From positions 281,350-345,349 of the forward strand of contig NZ_JAQNDN010000024.1 in the NCBI RefSeq assembly GCF_028369095.1: a DNA stretch of 64,000 bases. Direction: 5' to 3'. Position numbers and translations under genes: made by a program. Below, one piece after another: positions 1 through 9,313 of the stretch. Under the pieces are notes generated by a model. That model did not search any database, was not told where the DNA came from, and saw only the letters and a program-made list of their open reading frames with translations. Source of the DNA: Nannocystis radixulma (lineage in GTDB: Bacteria; Myxococcota_A; Polyangia; Nannocystales; Nannocystaceae). Each line of letters begins with the position of its first letter. The stretch's first letter is position 1.

Positions 1-1
1 C

Positions 2-499
2 CAGCGCCAGCGCGTCGACGTGTACAAGGACCTGACGACCAAGGGCGAGCTCACCGGCGTCACCGTGCAGCCGGTCGGCTTCCTGCACATCGTCACCAGC
101 TCGACGGAGTACCACTCGTTCCAGGGCTGCAACCCGGGCGAGGCGGTGTGCGACGACGAATGCGTCGACGTGCAGTACGACTCCGCCAATTGCGGCGACT
201 GCGGCAACGCCTGCGCGGCCGACGATTCGTGCCTCGAGGGCACCTGCAACGGCAACAACGCCTGCAACGCGTGCGCGGCGGACAACGAGGCCGGCGTCTG
301 CAAGCCGCAGAACGACGCCTGCGCCGCCAACGCCGCCTGCAAGGCGCTCGAGACCTGCATCGAGGGCTGCGATACGCAGGAGTGCTTCTACATGTGCGCC
401 GAGAACGTCGACGCCGCGGTCATCGACCTCTACAACGAGCAGATCTTCTGCACGTGCAATACGGCCTGCGTCGGCGAGTGCGCCGGCCTGTGCGGCTGA
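2..499 (+). CDS. Cys-rich secreted protein, C-terminal part (5' partial)
   Basis: ORF runs open from the window edge. The protein is very Cys-rich (CxxC and CGxC spacing), has normal non-repetitive composition, and ends at TGA 497-499. Confidence 0.5.
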   Translation, partial: QRQRVDVYKDLTTKGELTGVTVQPVGFLHIVTSSTEYHSFQGCNPGEAVCDDECVDVQYDSANCGDCGNACAADDSCLEGTCNGNNACNACAADNEAGVCKPQNDACAANAACKALETCIEGCDTQECFYMCAENVDAAVIDLYNEQIFCTCNTACVGECAGLCG

Positions 500-571
500 G
501 TCCGCGCTGCGAGCGTGAATGACGTGAGGGCGCGGCCGCGTGGCCGCGCCCTCGCGCGTGTCGTGAAATCG

Positions 572-2683
572 TCACTTCGCGGGTCGGCGCGCGAACTCGG
601 CGTCGAGACGGACGCGGCCGCCGACGACGTCGGCGGCCAGGCGGAAGCCGCGGCCGGTCAGCCACGACTGCAGGAAGCCGGCGTCGCGCGGTCCGCCCTC
701 GAAGCTCGAGACCAGGCGCCACAGGTCGGGCAGCTCGCCGTAGAAGGCGGGGTTCGTCTCCTTGTCGCGCTCGAGGTCGGCGAGCATCCACTTCAGGCGG
801 TCCTGGCCGTCGGCGACGACGATCCAGCCGAACTCGACGTCCTTGTCGGCGAGGCGCACGGTGCCCGGGTCGGTGACGAGGAAGAATTGCGCCGGGGCGT
901 CGGCGCCGGCGATGCTGGCCGACTCGACCTTGGCGTCGACGCCGGGGACGGTGGCCGGCGAGAAGCGCAGCGAGGACAGGCCGACGAGCGAGCGGAACAG
1001 CGCCAGATCCTGGCCCTGCACGCGCGAGTAGGCGACGTAGTCGGTCTGCACGTTGCGATCGGCGAATTGCAAGCTGCGCAGGCTGCCGCCGGTGCCCTCG
1101 ACGCGGCCGACGATGTCGAGCACCGTGCGGATGATGCCGGCCTCCATGCCCTTCTGCTCGCGGCCCCACCGCTCGACCATGCCGAGCGCGCTCGGCCAGG
1201 TCTCGAGCATGACGACGACCGGGCCGAAGTCGCCAGCGTTGTCGATCGCGTCCTTGAAGGCCCGCTCGTCGCGGCCGTAGAGGCCGATGGCGAGCTCGCC
1301 GAGCCCGGCGAACGCGGGCAGGCCGGAGCTGCGCCAGCACGCCAGGGCGCCGTCGCACAGCCCGGCCAGCGTGGGCACGCCGACGCCGGCCTGGGCGCGC
1401 GAGAATGTCTTTTCGGCCAGGTCGGCGGCCGCGCCGTCGGCTGGCTCCCAGGACATGGTCATCTGGACAGTCTCGGGATCGACCGAGGCCTCGAGGCGCA
1501 TGCCGGCGAACATGCGCCGGGTCTCGCGCAGCTGCTCGAGCGCGGCGCGCTGGTTCAGCGCGCGGGTGACCCGCTCGGACCGCTGCGACGGTTCGTACCA
1601 GCGCAGGTCGCCGACGGCGTCGGCGATCTCGACGACCTCGGCCAGCGCGGGCACGGCGGCCGCGTCGGCGTAGGCCGCGAAATCGCCGCGCAGGGTCGAG
1701 AGCACCGGCAGGGTCGCCGGGGCGGCGGCGAGGCCCGAGGTGATGGCGGGGACGCGGTCGGGGTCCCACGCCGCGCCGGTGCCGGCGGGGAACATGAACA
1801 GGTCGAGGACCACGGCCGCCTGCTCCTTGCGCACCACCAGCAGCGCGCTGGCGTCGCCGAAGCAGAACTCGCTGGGGCCGATCTGGCCGCACAGGGTCGC
1901 GATCTCGGGCGGCCGCTCCTTGCGGACCTGACGCGCGAGCAGGCCGGGCAGGGCTGCGGGATCCTTGGCCGGCAGATGGGCACGACTGTGGATCGCCAGG
2001 CTACCTGCCCCTCGGGCCATGGCCTCCTGGTCAGGTGACGGACCGGGCGGCGGCGGCGGCTTCCACGGCTCACTCGGCGGGATCGGCGGCACCGGCTGGA
2101 CGGGCACCGAGTCCTGATACGGCCGCGGCGGGCTCGGCGGCGGCGGCTCGGGGGGCCGGATCGGGGGCGGCGTGGGCCGGGGGCCGGGCCAGGGGGCGAC
2201 GTCGGCCGGCGTGGTGGCGGCGCCGGGGAACGGGTTCGGCAGGCCGGGCGCGCTGCCGGCCCGCTGCAGGGCCTCGCGCACGCCGGGCATGGTGGCGGCG
2301 ATCGGGCGGGCGATCGTGACAGTGACGAAGGCCTCGGGATCGAGGCCGAGGCGCGCGCTGATGTCGTCGACGCGCGGATCGAAGCCGAGATCGACGCCGG
2401 CGCGGGCGACGTCGCGGGCCGTGTCGGGGTCGAGCGGCAGCGACTGCAGGTACTTCTGGAGCGCACCTGGCCGCAAGGCCATGTAGACGAAGCCGCCCTC
2501 GACGAACCCGGGCGTCTGGCTCACGGTCGGCCGCTCGAGCGGCGGCATGCGGGCGTGGATCGCCTTGAGGGCGGGATCGGAGGGGTCGTCGCTGCCGCCG
2601 CCGGCGCCGCCGCGGCCGCAGGCGAGGGCGAGGACCGCAGCGAGACCGAGGCCGAGGCGAGGACGCGCGAGGGCGTGAGGCAT
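572..2683 (-). CDS. Hypothetical lipoprotein with Pro-rich linker
   Basis: The N-terminus (LAAVLALACG) looks like a signal peptide with lipobox. A PPxP-rich linker is followed by 500 aa of balanced composition, with a clean stop. Confidence 0.6.
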   Translation of the reverse strand: MPHALARPRLGLGLAAVLALACGRGGAGGGSDDPSDPALKAIHARMPPLERPTVSQTPGFVEGGFVYMALRPGALQKYLQSLPLDPDTARDVARAGVDLGFDPRVDDISARLGLDPEAFVTVTIARPIAATMPGVREALQRAGSAPGLPNPFPGAATTPADVAPWPGPRPTPPPIRPPEPPPPSPPRPYQDSVPVQPVPPIPPSEPWKPPPPPGPSPDQEAMARGAGSLAIHSRAHLPAKDPAALPGLLARQVRKERPPEIATLCGQIGPSEFCFGDASALLVVRKEQAAVVLDLFMFPAGTGAAWDPDRVPAITSGLAAAPATLPVLSTLRGDFAAYADAAAVPALAEVVEIADAVGDLRWYEPSQRSERVTRALNQRAALEQLRETRRMFAGMRLEASVDPETVQMTMSWEPADGAAADLAEKTFSRAQAGVGVPTLAGLCDGALACWRSSGLPAFAGLGELAIGLYGRDERAFKDAIDNAGDFGPVVVMLETWPSALGMVERWGREQKGMEAGIIRTVLDIVGRVEGTGGSLRSLQFADRNVQTDYVAYSRVQGQDLALFRSLVGLSSLRFSPATVPGVDAKVESASIAGADAPAQFFLVTDPGTVRLADKDVEFGWIVVADGQDRLKWMLADLERDKETNPAFYGELPDLWRLVSSFEGGPRDAGFLQSWLTGRGFRLAADVVGGRVRLDAEFARRPAK

Positions 2684-2982
2684 CGCGCGAGGATACGCCG
2701 ACCGCGACGGGTCAGACAGCCCTCATCGTGCGGCCTGGCGATTCGCCACACCGCGGGCGAGCCGAAGCCGCGAAATCGAGCCGCGTGGCGAACGGCGTGC
2801 GCCGACGCGGCCGGGGCCGTGGCGACCGCGAACGCGAGCGGAGCCCCCGCAGCGGCGCTCCGGCGTCGATCCGTCCCACGGCGCGGACGCGGGCGTCGGG
2901 TTCACGAGACCCGGCGACCGCGCTCTCGACAATCACCGCTGCCCCGCGCGGACGCGAACACGGCCGCGGCGGGGCGGGTGGA

Positions 2983-3552
2983 CTACTTGGCGCACCAGAT
3001 CTCGTACTCGACCATCATGCCCGGGATCGCCAGGGCGTCGACGATCCGCAGGGTGCCGGCGGCCGGCTTGATGTTCACCGGGGCGAAGTAGTCGGCGAAC
3101 AGGCCGAGGATCGCGTTGAACTCGCCGTCGGTGATGTCGGTGGTCATCGTGAATTCGATGCGGACGATGTCCTTGCGATCGTAGCCGGCGTCGTCGAGAT
3201 ATTCGTCGAAGTGGTCGAGGATGTACTGCGTCTGGCCGATCGCGTCGCCGGGGAACTGGATCTGCCCGGTCGAGTCGTGGGCGCCGTGACCGGCGATCAA
3301 AAACAGCTCGTCGATGTTGCGCAGCTTCAGGCCCCAATTGAAGATCGCGCCGAAGTCGGGCGCCTCCGGGTTGGGCACCGCGATCTTCTTGAAATGGCCG
3401 TTGCCGTTGCCGTTGCCGTTACCGTTGCCGTTGCCGTTACCCCAACCGTGGCCATTACCTTGGCCCCAGCCGTTACCCGATACGACTTGGGGTACCGCGA
3501 TCGACATCGAGAGCGCGAGGAGAATCGTCGAAATGAAAACAGGCCGCTGCAT
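2983..3552 (-). CDS. RidA/YjgF/L-PSP family protein with signal peptide and GN-repeat linker
   Basis: The C-terminal 120 aa carry the RidA signature (IVRIEFTMTTDITDGEFNAILGLF...PAAGTLRIVDALAIPGMMVEYEIWCAK). The N-terminus is hydrophobic (MQRPVFISTILLALSMSIA) and is followed by GNGWGQGNGHGWGNGNGNGNGNGNGNGH. Confidence 0.7.
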   Translation of the reverse strand: MQRPVFISTILLALSMSIAVPQVVSGNGWGQGNGHGWGNGNGNGNGNGNGNGHFKKIAVPNPEAPDFGAIFNWGLKLRNIDELFLIAGHGAHDSTGQIQFPGDAIGQTQYILDHFDEYLDDAGYDRKDIVRIEFTMTTDITDGEFNAILGLFADYFAPVNIKPAAGTLRIVDALAIPGMMVEYEIWCAK

Positions 3553-4114
3553 CCCACACCTCCAACGCTACCACGTTACGTGCGCGGCGAACCGGGTGTC
3601 AACGATTATCGATGCCGATGCATCAACTTTGGCGCAGCGCCGCGTACCTTGCTTCACTTCACCCACGGCCGCTGACAGGTGGTTGTCGCCGGCGTATTGA
3701 TCTCATGGGGCAAGATCCGGCGGTTCCGGTGATTGAACCCATGATGATTGCTCGGCCGGGTGCGGCGATGCCGTGCCGCGCGCGACGCTCTCGGGCCGCG
3801 CCTGTCCGCGAGCGCGCCCGTGCGCGGGCGCGGACGCGGTGGAGTGAATATCGGGCGCGGCTGCGCTCTGACAATGTATATAGTGGTCGATGCTCGTCGA
3901 CGGATCCGGGGCGCCGCAAATGTCATTTGGGGACCGGGGCCGCTCGGGTCGTGACAGTGTTCGGTGGCAGACGGCCCCGGTGGTGCGGTCACCTGTCCGG
4001 GGGCGGGAAGAGACGGTGCGTTCGCAGAATGGTGATCCAAGGGACATGTCTCGAGGACAGCTTCGCGCGGCCCGACGATCACGGACGCCCGCGTCCGGCG
4101 TATGCTCGCGCGTG

Positions 4115-4402
4115 ATGTACTTCGTGCTCCGCTACGAACTCGTCGACGACTACCTCGAACGCCGCACGCCGCTGCGGCCGGAACACCTGGCGCTGGCCCG
4201 CGCCGCCGTGGAGCGCGGCGAGCTGCGCCTCGGCGGGGCGCTGGCCGAGCCGGCCGACGAGGCGCTGCTGGTGTTCCGCGGCCCCGACGGCGCCGCGGCG
4301 GAGGCGTTCGCGCGCGCCGACCCGTACGTCCGCGAGGGGCTGGTGCGGCGCTGGACCGTGCGGAAGTGGACGGTGGTGATCGGCGCCGACTTCGAGGGCT
4401 AG
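4115..4402 (+). CDS. YciI-like stress-responsive protein (dimeric alpha+beta barrel)
   Basis: This is a 95-aa product from an internal ATG of ORF 3890..4402. MYFVLRYELVDDYLERRTPLRPEHLALARAAVERGELRLGGA...DPYVREGLV matches the YciI fold pattern. Confidence 0.65.
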   Translation: MYFVLRYELVDDYLERRTPLRPEHLALARAAVERGELRLGGALAEPADEALLVFRGPDGAAAEAFARADPYVREGLVRRWTVRKWTVVIGADFEG

Positions 4403-4435
4403 CGGTGAACTCCTCGGCTCGAGGCGACCTGGCCT

Positions 4436-5182
4436 TCAGGTCAGGCGGCGACCGCGGTAGACGGTGACCGCGGAGCCCTCGGCGAGGAATGCCGAGCGCG
4501 GCGGGCCGGCGAGCGCGGGGGCCAGGGCCGGGCCGTAGAGGGCGGCGGCATCGAGACGCAGCAGCGGATCGACGCCGGTCCAGACCCGCCAAGGCGGGTG
4601 CTCGACGCGGTACTCGGTGGTCGGACCGCCGGGGCCGGCGACGTAGCCCCAGTAGTGCTCGGCGATGAATTCGGCCTCGCTGCCGGGGGCAGGCGCGGCC
4701 GGCTCGCCGCGGAAGGCGAGGCCGAACTCGTGCCAGCGCCCGCCGACGCGGGCCCCGTAGGCGACCTCGCCGGCGCCCTCGGAGGTGACTGTTCGGACAT
4801 GTCGCATCGGCCAGGCCTCGTAGCGCTCGCCGTAGAGCCGGCGCGCGACCATGGCGACCGCGGCGCGCGGGACGATCTCCTTGAAGAAGGCGACCCCGCG
4901 CTTGTAGCCGTCGGCGCCGACGTGCGGCTCGTCGGGCCGCCCGGGCCGGCGGACGTAGAAGCGCAGGTTGAGCTCCTCGAATTCGCGGTGCCACGGGACC
5001 GGGCAGCCGAGCAGCCGCGTGCGCAGGAACATGAAGCCGACCAGGCTGACGCAGGCGGCGCCGTCGAACAGATCGAGCTCGGTGCCGGGCGGGACGTGTG
5101 GGGCGAGCACGACCGGGTCGACGGCGAAGTTCAGCATGACGAGGTCGCGCCACTCGGCGGTGAGGAACTCGGCGTCGGACAT
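4436..5182 (-). CDS. DUF2071/COG3361-like conserved hypothetical protein
   Basis: Balanced composition from an internal Met (MSDAEFLTAEWRDLVMLNFAVDP...) with W/F/Y-rich conserved blocks. The family assignment is from memory and is uncertain. Confidence 0.5.
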   Translation of the reverse strand: MSDAEFLTAEWRDLVMLNFAVDPVVLAPHVPPGTELDLFDGAACVSLVGFMFLRTRLLGCPVPWHREFEELNLRFYVRRPGRPDEPHVGADGYKRGVAFFKEIVPRAAVAMVARRLYGERYEAWPMRHVRTVTSEGAGEVAYGARVGGRWHEFGLAFRGEPAAPAPGSEAEFIAEHYWGYVAGPGGPTTEYRVEHPPWRVWTGVDPLLRLDAAALYGPALAPALAGPPRSAFLAEGSAVTVYRGRRLT

Positions 5183-5301
5183 GCGCGCGAGCCTACGCGC
5201 ATCGCCGGGTCGGGGCAGCTCGCGCCGCTGAACGGGCGCGGGATGGGGATTGGCGAAGTCGCTTGACAAGCATGCTTTCCATCGGGGAAAGAGTACGCGT
5301 C

Positions 5302-6411
5302 ATGTCCGAAAACGAGCCCAACCGAGTGCGGGCAGCGCGAGAGGCCTGTGGGATGTCCCAGGTCGAGCTGGCGGAGGCGGCGAACCTGTCGCGCCAGAGC
5401 GTGGGGGCGATCGAGGCCGGGCGGGCGACGCCGGCGGTCGACGTGGCGCTGCGGCTGGCGCGGGCGCTGCACTGTCGCGTCGAGGATCTGTTCGCGGTCC
5501 CGTCCGGCGAGCTGCGGATCGAGGCCGAGCCGGCGTCGGCGGTGCCGACGGGGCGGGTGGCCCTGGCCCACGTCGGCGGGCGCTGGGTGGCGTATCCGCT
5601 GAGCGGCGAGGCGATGCGGCTGGCGGCCGACGCGATCGTGGCGCGGGCGCCCGGGCGGCGCGGTCGGGTCGAGGTCGAGCTGGTGCGGCCGCGGGCCGAG
5701 GCGCAGGGCAACCTGGTGGTGATGGGCTGCGCTGCGGCGCTCGGGGTGCTCGCCGATCGGCTGAGCACCCGCGCCGGGGCCGGTCGCTGCGTGTGGCTGC
5801 CGCGCTCGAGCACGCAGGCTCTGGCGGCGCTGGCGGCCGAGCACACGCACGTGGCCGGGGTGCACCTGGTCGACGGGCGCACCGGCGAGGCCAACGTGCC
5901 CGACGTCCGCAAGCACACCGGCGCGGCGCTGGTGCTGATCACGCTGGCGCGGTGGGAGGCGGGGCTTTTGCTCGCGCCGGGCAATCCGCGGAAGATCCGC
6001 GGCGCCGCCGACCTCGGGCGCCGCGGGCTGCGGCTGGTCGCGCGCGAGGCCGGCTCGGGCGCGCGGCGGTTGCTCGAGCGCGAGCTGCAGCGTGCCGGTC
6101 TGCCGGCGACGCTGGCCGACGCGGCGCCGGTGCGGGCCAGCGGGCACCTCGAGGTCGCGCAGGCGATCGCCAGCGGGGCCGGCGAGGTCGGGGTGGCCAC
6201 GCGCGACGCGGCGCTCGCGTTCGGGCTCGAGTTCGTGCCGCTGGCCGAGGAGCGCTACGACCTGGCGATCCCGCGGGCGCTGCTGGCCGACCCCCGGGTG
6301 CTGCGCTTCCTCGACGCGATGACCTCGGCGGCGTTCCGCCGCGAGCTGTCGTCGCTCGGCTACGACGTGCGCGGCTGCGGCGACCGCGTCGCCGAGCTCG
6401 CGGCCGCCTGA
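5302..6411 (+). CDS. XRE-family HTH transcriptional regulator with C-terminal PBP-like (substrate-binding) domain
   Basis: The HTH_XRE signature is MSQVELAEAANLSRQSVGAIEAGRATPAVDVALRLARAL. A roughly 250-aa binding-protein-like domain follows. ATG at 5302. Confidence 0.7.
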   Translation: MSENEPNRVRAAREACGMSQVELAEAANLSRQSVGAIEAGRATPAVDVALRLARALHCRVEDLFAVPSGELRIEAEPASAVPTGRVALAHVGGRWVAYPLSGEAMRLAADAIVARAPGRRGRVEVELVRPRAEAQGNLVVMGCAAALGVLADRLSTRAGAGRCVWLPRSSTQALAALAAEHTHVAGVHLVDGRTGEANVPDVRKHTGAALVLITLARWEAGLLLAPGNPRKIRGAADLGRRGLRLVAREAGSGARRLLERELQRAGLPATLADAAPVRASGHLEVAQAIASGAGEVGVATRDAALAFGLEFVPLAEERYDLAIPRALLADPRVLRFLDAMTSAAFRRELSSLGYDVRGCGDRVAELAAA

Positions 6412-6462
6412 CCTTCGGGACAGGCAACAACCGACGACGACAATCTGACCTTTGGAGCAGTC

Positions 6463-7470
6463 ATGACGACACGCGTGAAGTTTGTCCTGCTGGCGCTGGC
6501 CGCCGGCTGTGTGCCGGAGCTGGCGACGACGACCGACGAGAGCGAGACCGGGGCGACCGCGGCGACGACCGAGGCCGCGACGGACCCGGGCACGACCACG
6601 AGCGACGACGCGCCGACGACGACCGGGTCGACCGGGGAGCCGGCGCAGTGCGAGACGTTCGCCCAGTACCGCATCGACGTGCAGGCCGAGCCCAACGGGC
6701 TCTACTACCGCGCCGACGAGCAGCGGCTGTACATCGCCGACGACGACAACAACCGCGTGCTGGTGCGCGACGAGGACGGGGCGATCGCGGTGTTCGCGGA
6801 GATCCCCAACCCCTCGAACGACCCCGGCTCGGACGGCCTCGGCGACCTCGACTTCGCGGCCGATGGCACGCTGTTCGTGCCGCGCTTCGGGTTCGGCATG
6901 CCGGGGCTCGGGGCGATCTTCCAGGTCGCGCCCGGCGGCGCGCCGGAGGCGATCGCGGGCGTGAACGACGAGTGGCGGCGGGTCGGGCTCGACCACGACG
7001 ACGCGCGCGGGCTGTTGTGGGTGTCCACGTACTCGCGCGACGCCGACGACGTGTACACCGGCTGGATCGCCAGCGTCGACCCGGTCGCGGGCGTCGAGAC
7101 GATGCTCCTCGGGGGGCTCAGCAAGCCTGTCGGCATCGCGGTGCTCGGCGACACGCTGTTCGTCGGCGACCAGGCGCAGCGGCAGCTGTTCAAGGTCGAC
7201 CTCACGGCCGCCATGCCGGCGCTGACGCTGGTGTCGGACGAGTTCGAGTCGCTCGACCTGATGGAGACGACCCCTGACGGGGCGCTGCTGGTGCTGTCGT
7301 ACGACACCGCCAACAGCACCGGCTACGTCTACCGCGTGACCGCCGATGGCGCGATCACGACGGTCGCGCAGGGCGACTGGGAGCCGCGCGGGATCGCGTT
7401 CGACGGCGTCAGCCGGATCTTCGTGTCGGCCCGCGACACCCAGCAGATCGTGGTCATGCCGGCCTGTTGA
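6463..7470 (+). CDS. Hypothetical lipoprotein (beta-propeller-like)
   Basis: Lipobox LALAAGC, a T/E-rich linker, then a D/G-rich repeat-like body typical of a propeller fold. Confidence 0.55.
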   Translation: MTTRVKFVLLALAAGCVPELATTTDESETGATAATTEAATDPGTTTSDDAPTTTGSTGEPAQCETFAQYRIDVQAEPNGLYYRADEQRLYIADDDNNRVLVRDEDGAIAVFAEIPNPSNDPGSDGLGDLDFAADGTLFVPRFGFGMPGLGAIFQVAPGGAPEAIAGVNDEWRRVGLDHDDARGLLWVSTYSRDADDVYTGWIASVDPVAGVETMLLGGLSKPVGIAVLGDTLFVGDQAQRQLFKVDLTAAMPALTLVSDEFESLDLMETTPDGALLVLSYDTANSTGYVYRVTADGAITTVAQGDWEPRGIAFDGVSRIFVSARDTQQIVVMPAC

Positions 7471-7476
7471 GCACCC

Positions 7477-8883
7477 GTGCTGTCGACGACGATCATCATG
7501 GGAGCGGCGCTGGCGACGGCGCCGGCCGAGGAGGTGACCAGCGTGCCGGTGCCCGAGCGCCCGGGACAGAGCGCTGGCCATTCGCCCGGTGCGGCAGGAG
7601 CAGACGAACCTGTCCGAACGGACATTTCGGTGTCAGGGTCGGCGCCGGGCGGCGAGCAGGCTGGAGGTCCGAAGGAGCATGTCCGAACGGACACGTCTCC
7701 TGCAGGGCCGGCAGGGGCCGCTCCGGCCGACCGTGAGAAGACTGTCCCGAAGAGCATGCCCGAACAGCCAGCCGCGAAGAAGCCGCTGCGCGAGCGGTTC
7801 GAGTTCTTCCCGTACGGGTGGATCCGCACCGACGCGACCTGGTACTCGGCGCCGCGCGAGGGCTACAGCAACATCAGCCTGGCGGGGGCGCGGATCGGCG
7901 GCGGGGTGAACGTCGGGCCGGTGACGGCGTTCGTGACGATCGAGGCGGCGCAGGCCAAGGGGCCGCAGCTGTTCGACGCGTTCGTGGCGTGGGCGGCGGC
8001 GCCGCGGCTGCGCCTGCGCGCGGGCCAGTTCAAGGCGCCGTTCGGGCTCCGCTTCAACGCGCCCGACCTGGTCGACGAGCTGCCGCGGGCGCCGCTGTCG
8101 CTGCTGGCGGCCACGCCGGGCCGGCAGGTCGGGCTCGAGGTGGCGTACGACTTCTGGCGCTGGGCCGAGGTGACGGCGGCGGTGTTCTCCGGCATCGGCC
8201 AGAACCGCGAGGCCAACAACACGAAGATCGCGTTCGCCGGCAAGGTCCAGCTCAACCCGCTGGCGGGGCTGCAGCGCGGGCCGAAGCTGATCCTGGTGGC
8301 GTCGGTGTTCGCGTACCACAAGACCAACGGCTTCACGCCGACGGTGACGACCGCGTTCGGGTTCGACTTCTTCCACGGGCTGCCGAGCAGCGGGGCGTCG
8401 CGGCGCTTCACGGCCGGCGGCGGGCTGTTCTGGCGCTTCCTGTCGGCCCGCGGCGAGTTCTTCTACACGTACGACTCGCGCGAGCGCGACACCGACGGCG
8501 ACCCGTTCACGCCCGGCGACCCGCTGCCGCAGTTCGTCGGCGCCGGCGGCTACGCGCAGCTCGGGGCGGTGGTGACGGGGCAGGAGAAGGACCCGGCGAC
8601 GCTGCTGCCGCGGCTGGCGAGCCGACGCGTGCGCGACAGCGCGGTCGAGCTGTCGGCCCGCTTCGAGCGCTTCCGCGTCGGCGCCCGCGACCTGGCCGGC
8701 AACGGCATCACGGCCGCGTCCGCGGGCGTCAACTGGGTGCTCCTGCAGCACCTGCGGGTGTTCGCGGCCGTCAACTGGCAACGGCTCGAGACGGCGGTCC
8801 CGGAAATCCCGCGCGGGACGTCTTGGGGCGTGACCGGCGGGCTCGCCGGCTTCTTCCTCGGCCGCGCCGGCCGCGGCGACTGA
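7477..8883 (+). CDS. Phosphate-selective porin O/P-like outer-membrane protein (5' end uncertain)
   Basis: The body contains AGQFKAPFGLRFNAPDLVDELPRAPLS and alternating beta-strand-like segments. The first roughly 95 codons are encoded by a tripled motif repeat, so the true start may be near 7756. Confidence 0.55.
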   Translation: MLSTTIIMGAALATAPAEEVTSVPVPERPGQSAGHSPGAAGADEPVRTDISVSGSAPGGEQAGGPKEHVRTDTSPAGPAGAAPADREKTVPKSMPEQPAAKKPLRERFEFFPYGWIRTDATWYSAPREGYSNISLAGARIGGGVNVGPVTAFVTIEAAQAKGPQLFDAFVAWAAAPRLRLRAGQFKAPFGLRFNAPDLVDELPRAPLSLLAATPGRQVGLEVAYDFWRWAEVTAAVFSGIGQNREANNTKIAFAGKVQLNPLAGLQRGPKLILVASVFAYHKTNGFTPTVTTAFGFDFFHGLPSSGASRRFTAGGGLFWRFLSARGEFFYTYDSRERDTDGDPFTPGDPLPQFVGAGGYAQLGAVVTGQEKDPATLLPRLASRRVRDSAVELSARFERFRVGARDLAGNGITAASAGVNWVLLQHLRVFAAVNWQRLETAVPEIPRGTSWGVTGGLAGFFLGRAGRGD

Positions 8884-8904
8884 GCGCCAGGCTGCGCACG
8901 GATG

Positions 8905-9137
8905 GCTTCATGGACATGTCTTCATGGTCACGTTCGCTGCGCGGCCACGGTGTCTCGATGGACATGTCTGATGGGACATGGACGATCGGCGGTCGATCCG
9001 GACATGTCTCTTGGGCCATGTAGGCGCAACAATTTTCGCGTCTCGGGCGCTGAGATAGCGGATGCACGTCCGCCTGCATGCGCGGCGTCCGTGCGGCCCC
9101 GATCCGCGGGGCAGATGTCCGCGAGGACATGTTGTGC
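8905..9137. repeat. Cluster of at least 5 GGACATGTC(T/C) motif copies in the intergenic region upstream of the 9314 lipoprotein gene
   Basis: Copies at about 8912, 8960, 8975, 9001 and 9112-9137; the last is an ATGTCCGCGAGGACATGT inverted pair. Confidence 0.6.
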
Positions 9138-9313
9138 CGCGGTTGCGAAGACGCGCGCGGACGCCCCGGAAGCGGGCTGCGCCGCGCGAAGGCCGGCGCG
9201 CGCGGATCGGCCTGCGACGGGCTGGGCCCGCGTTCGCCGGGCGCCTCGGGCCGTCGCCGGCGCGCTCTCGGGCCCTGCGGTGCGGCGGCCGACATGGTGT
9301 ACCCTGCCGGGCC

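Noticed and set aside
3654-5153. 499-aa minus-strand ORF, extremely R/P/A-rich
   Set aside because: Composition is typical of an off-frame or antisense reading of 70% GC DNA. It overlaps the well-supported YciI-like and DUF2071 genes.
5131-7581. 816-aa minus-strand ORF
   Set aside because: R/G/A-rich with no domain-like segments. It lies antisense to the XRE regulator and the lipoprotein gene, which have convincing motifs.
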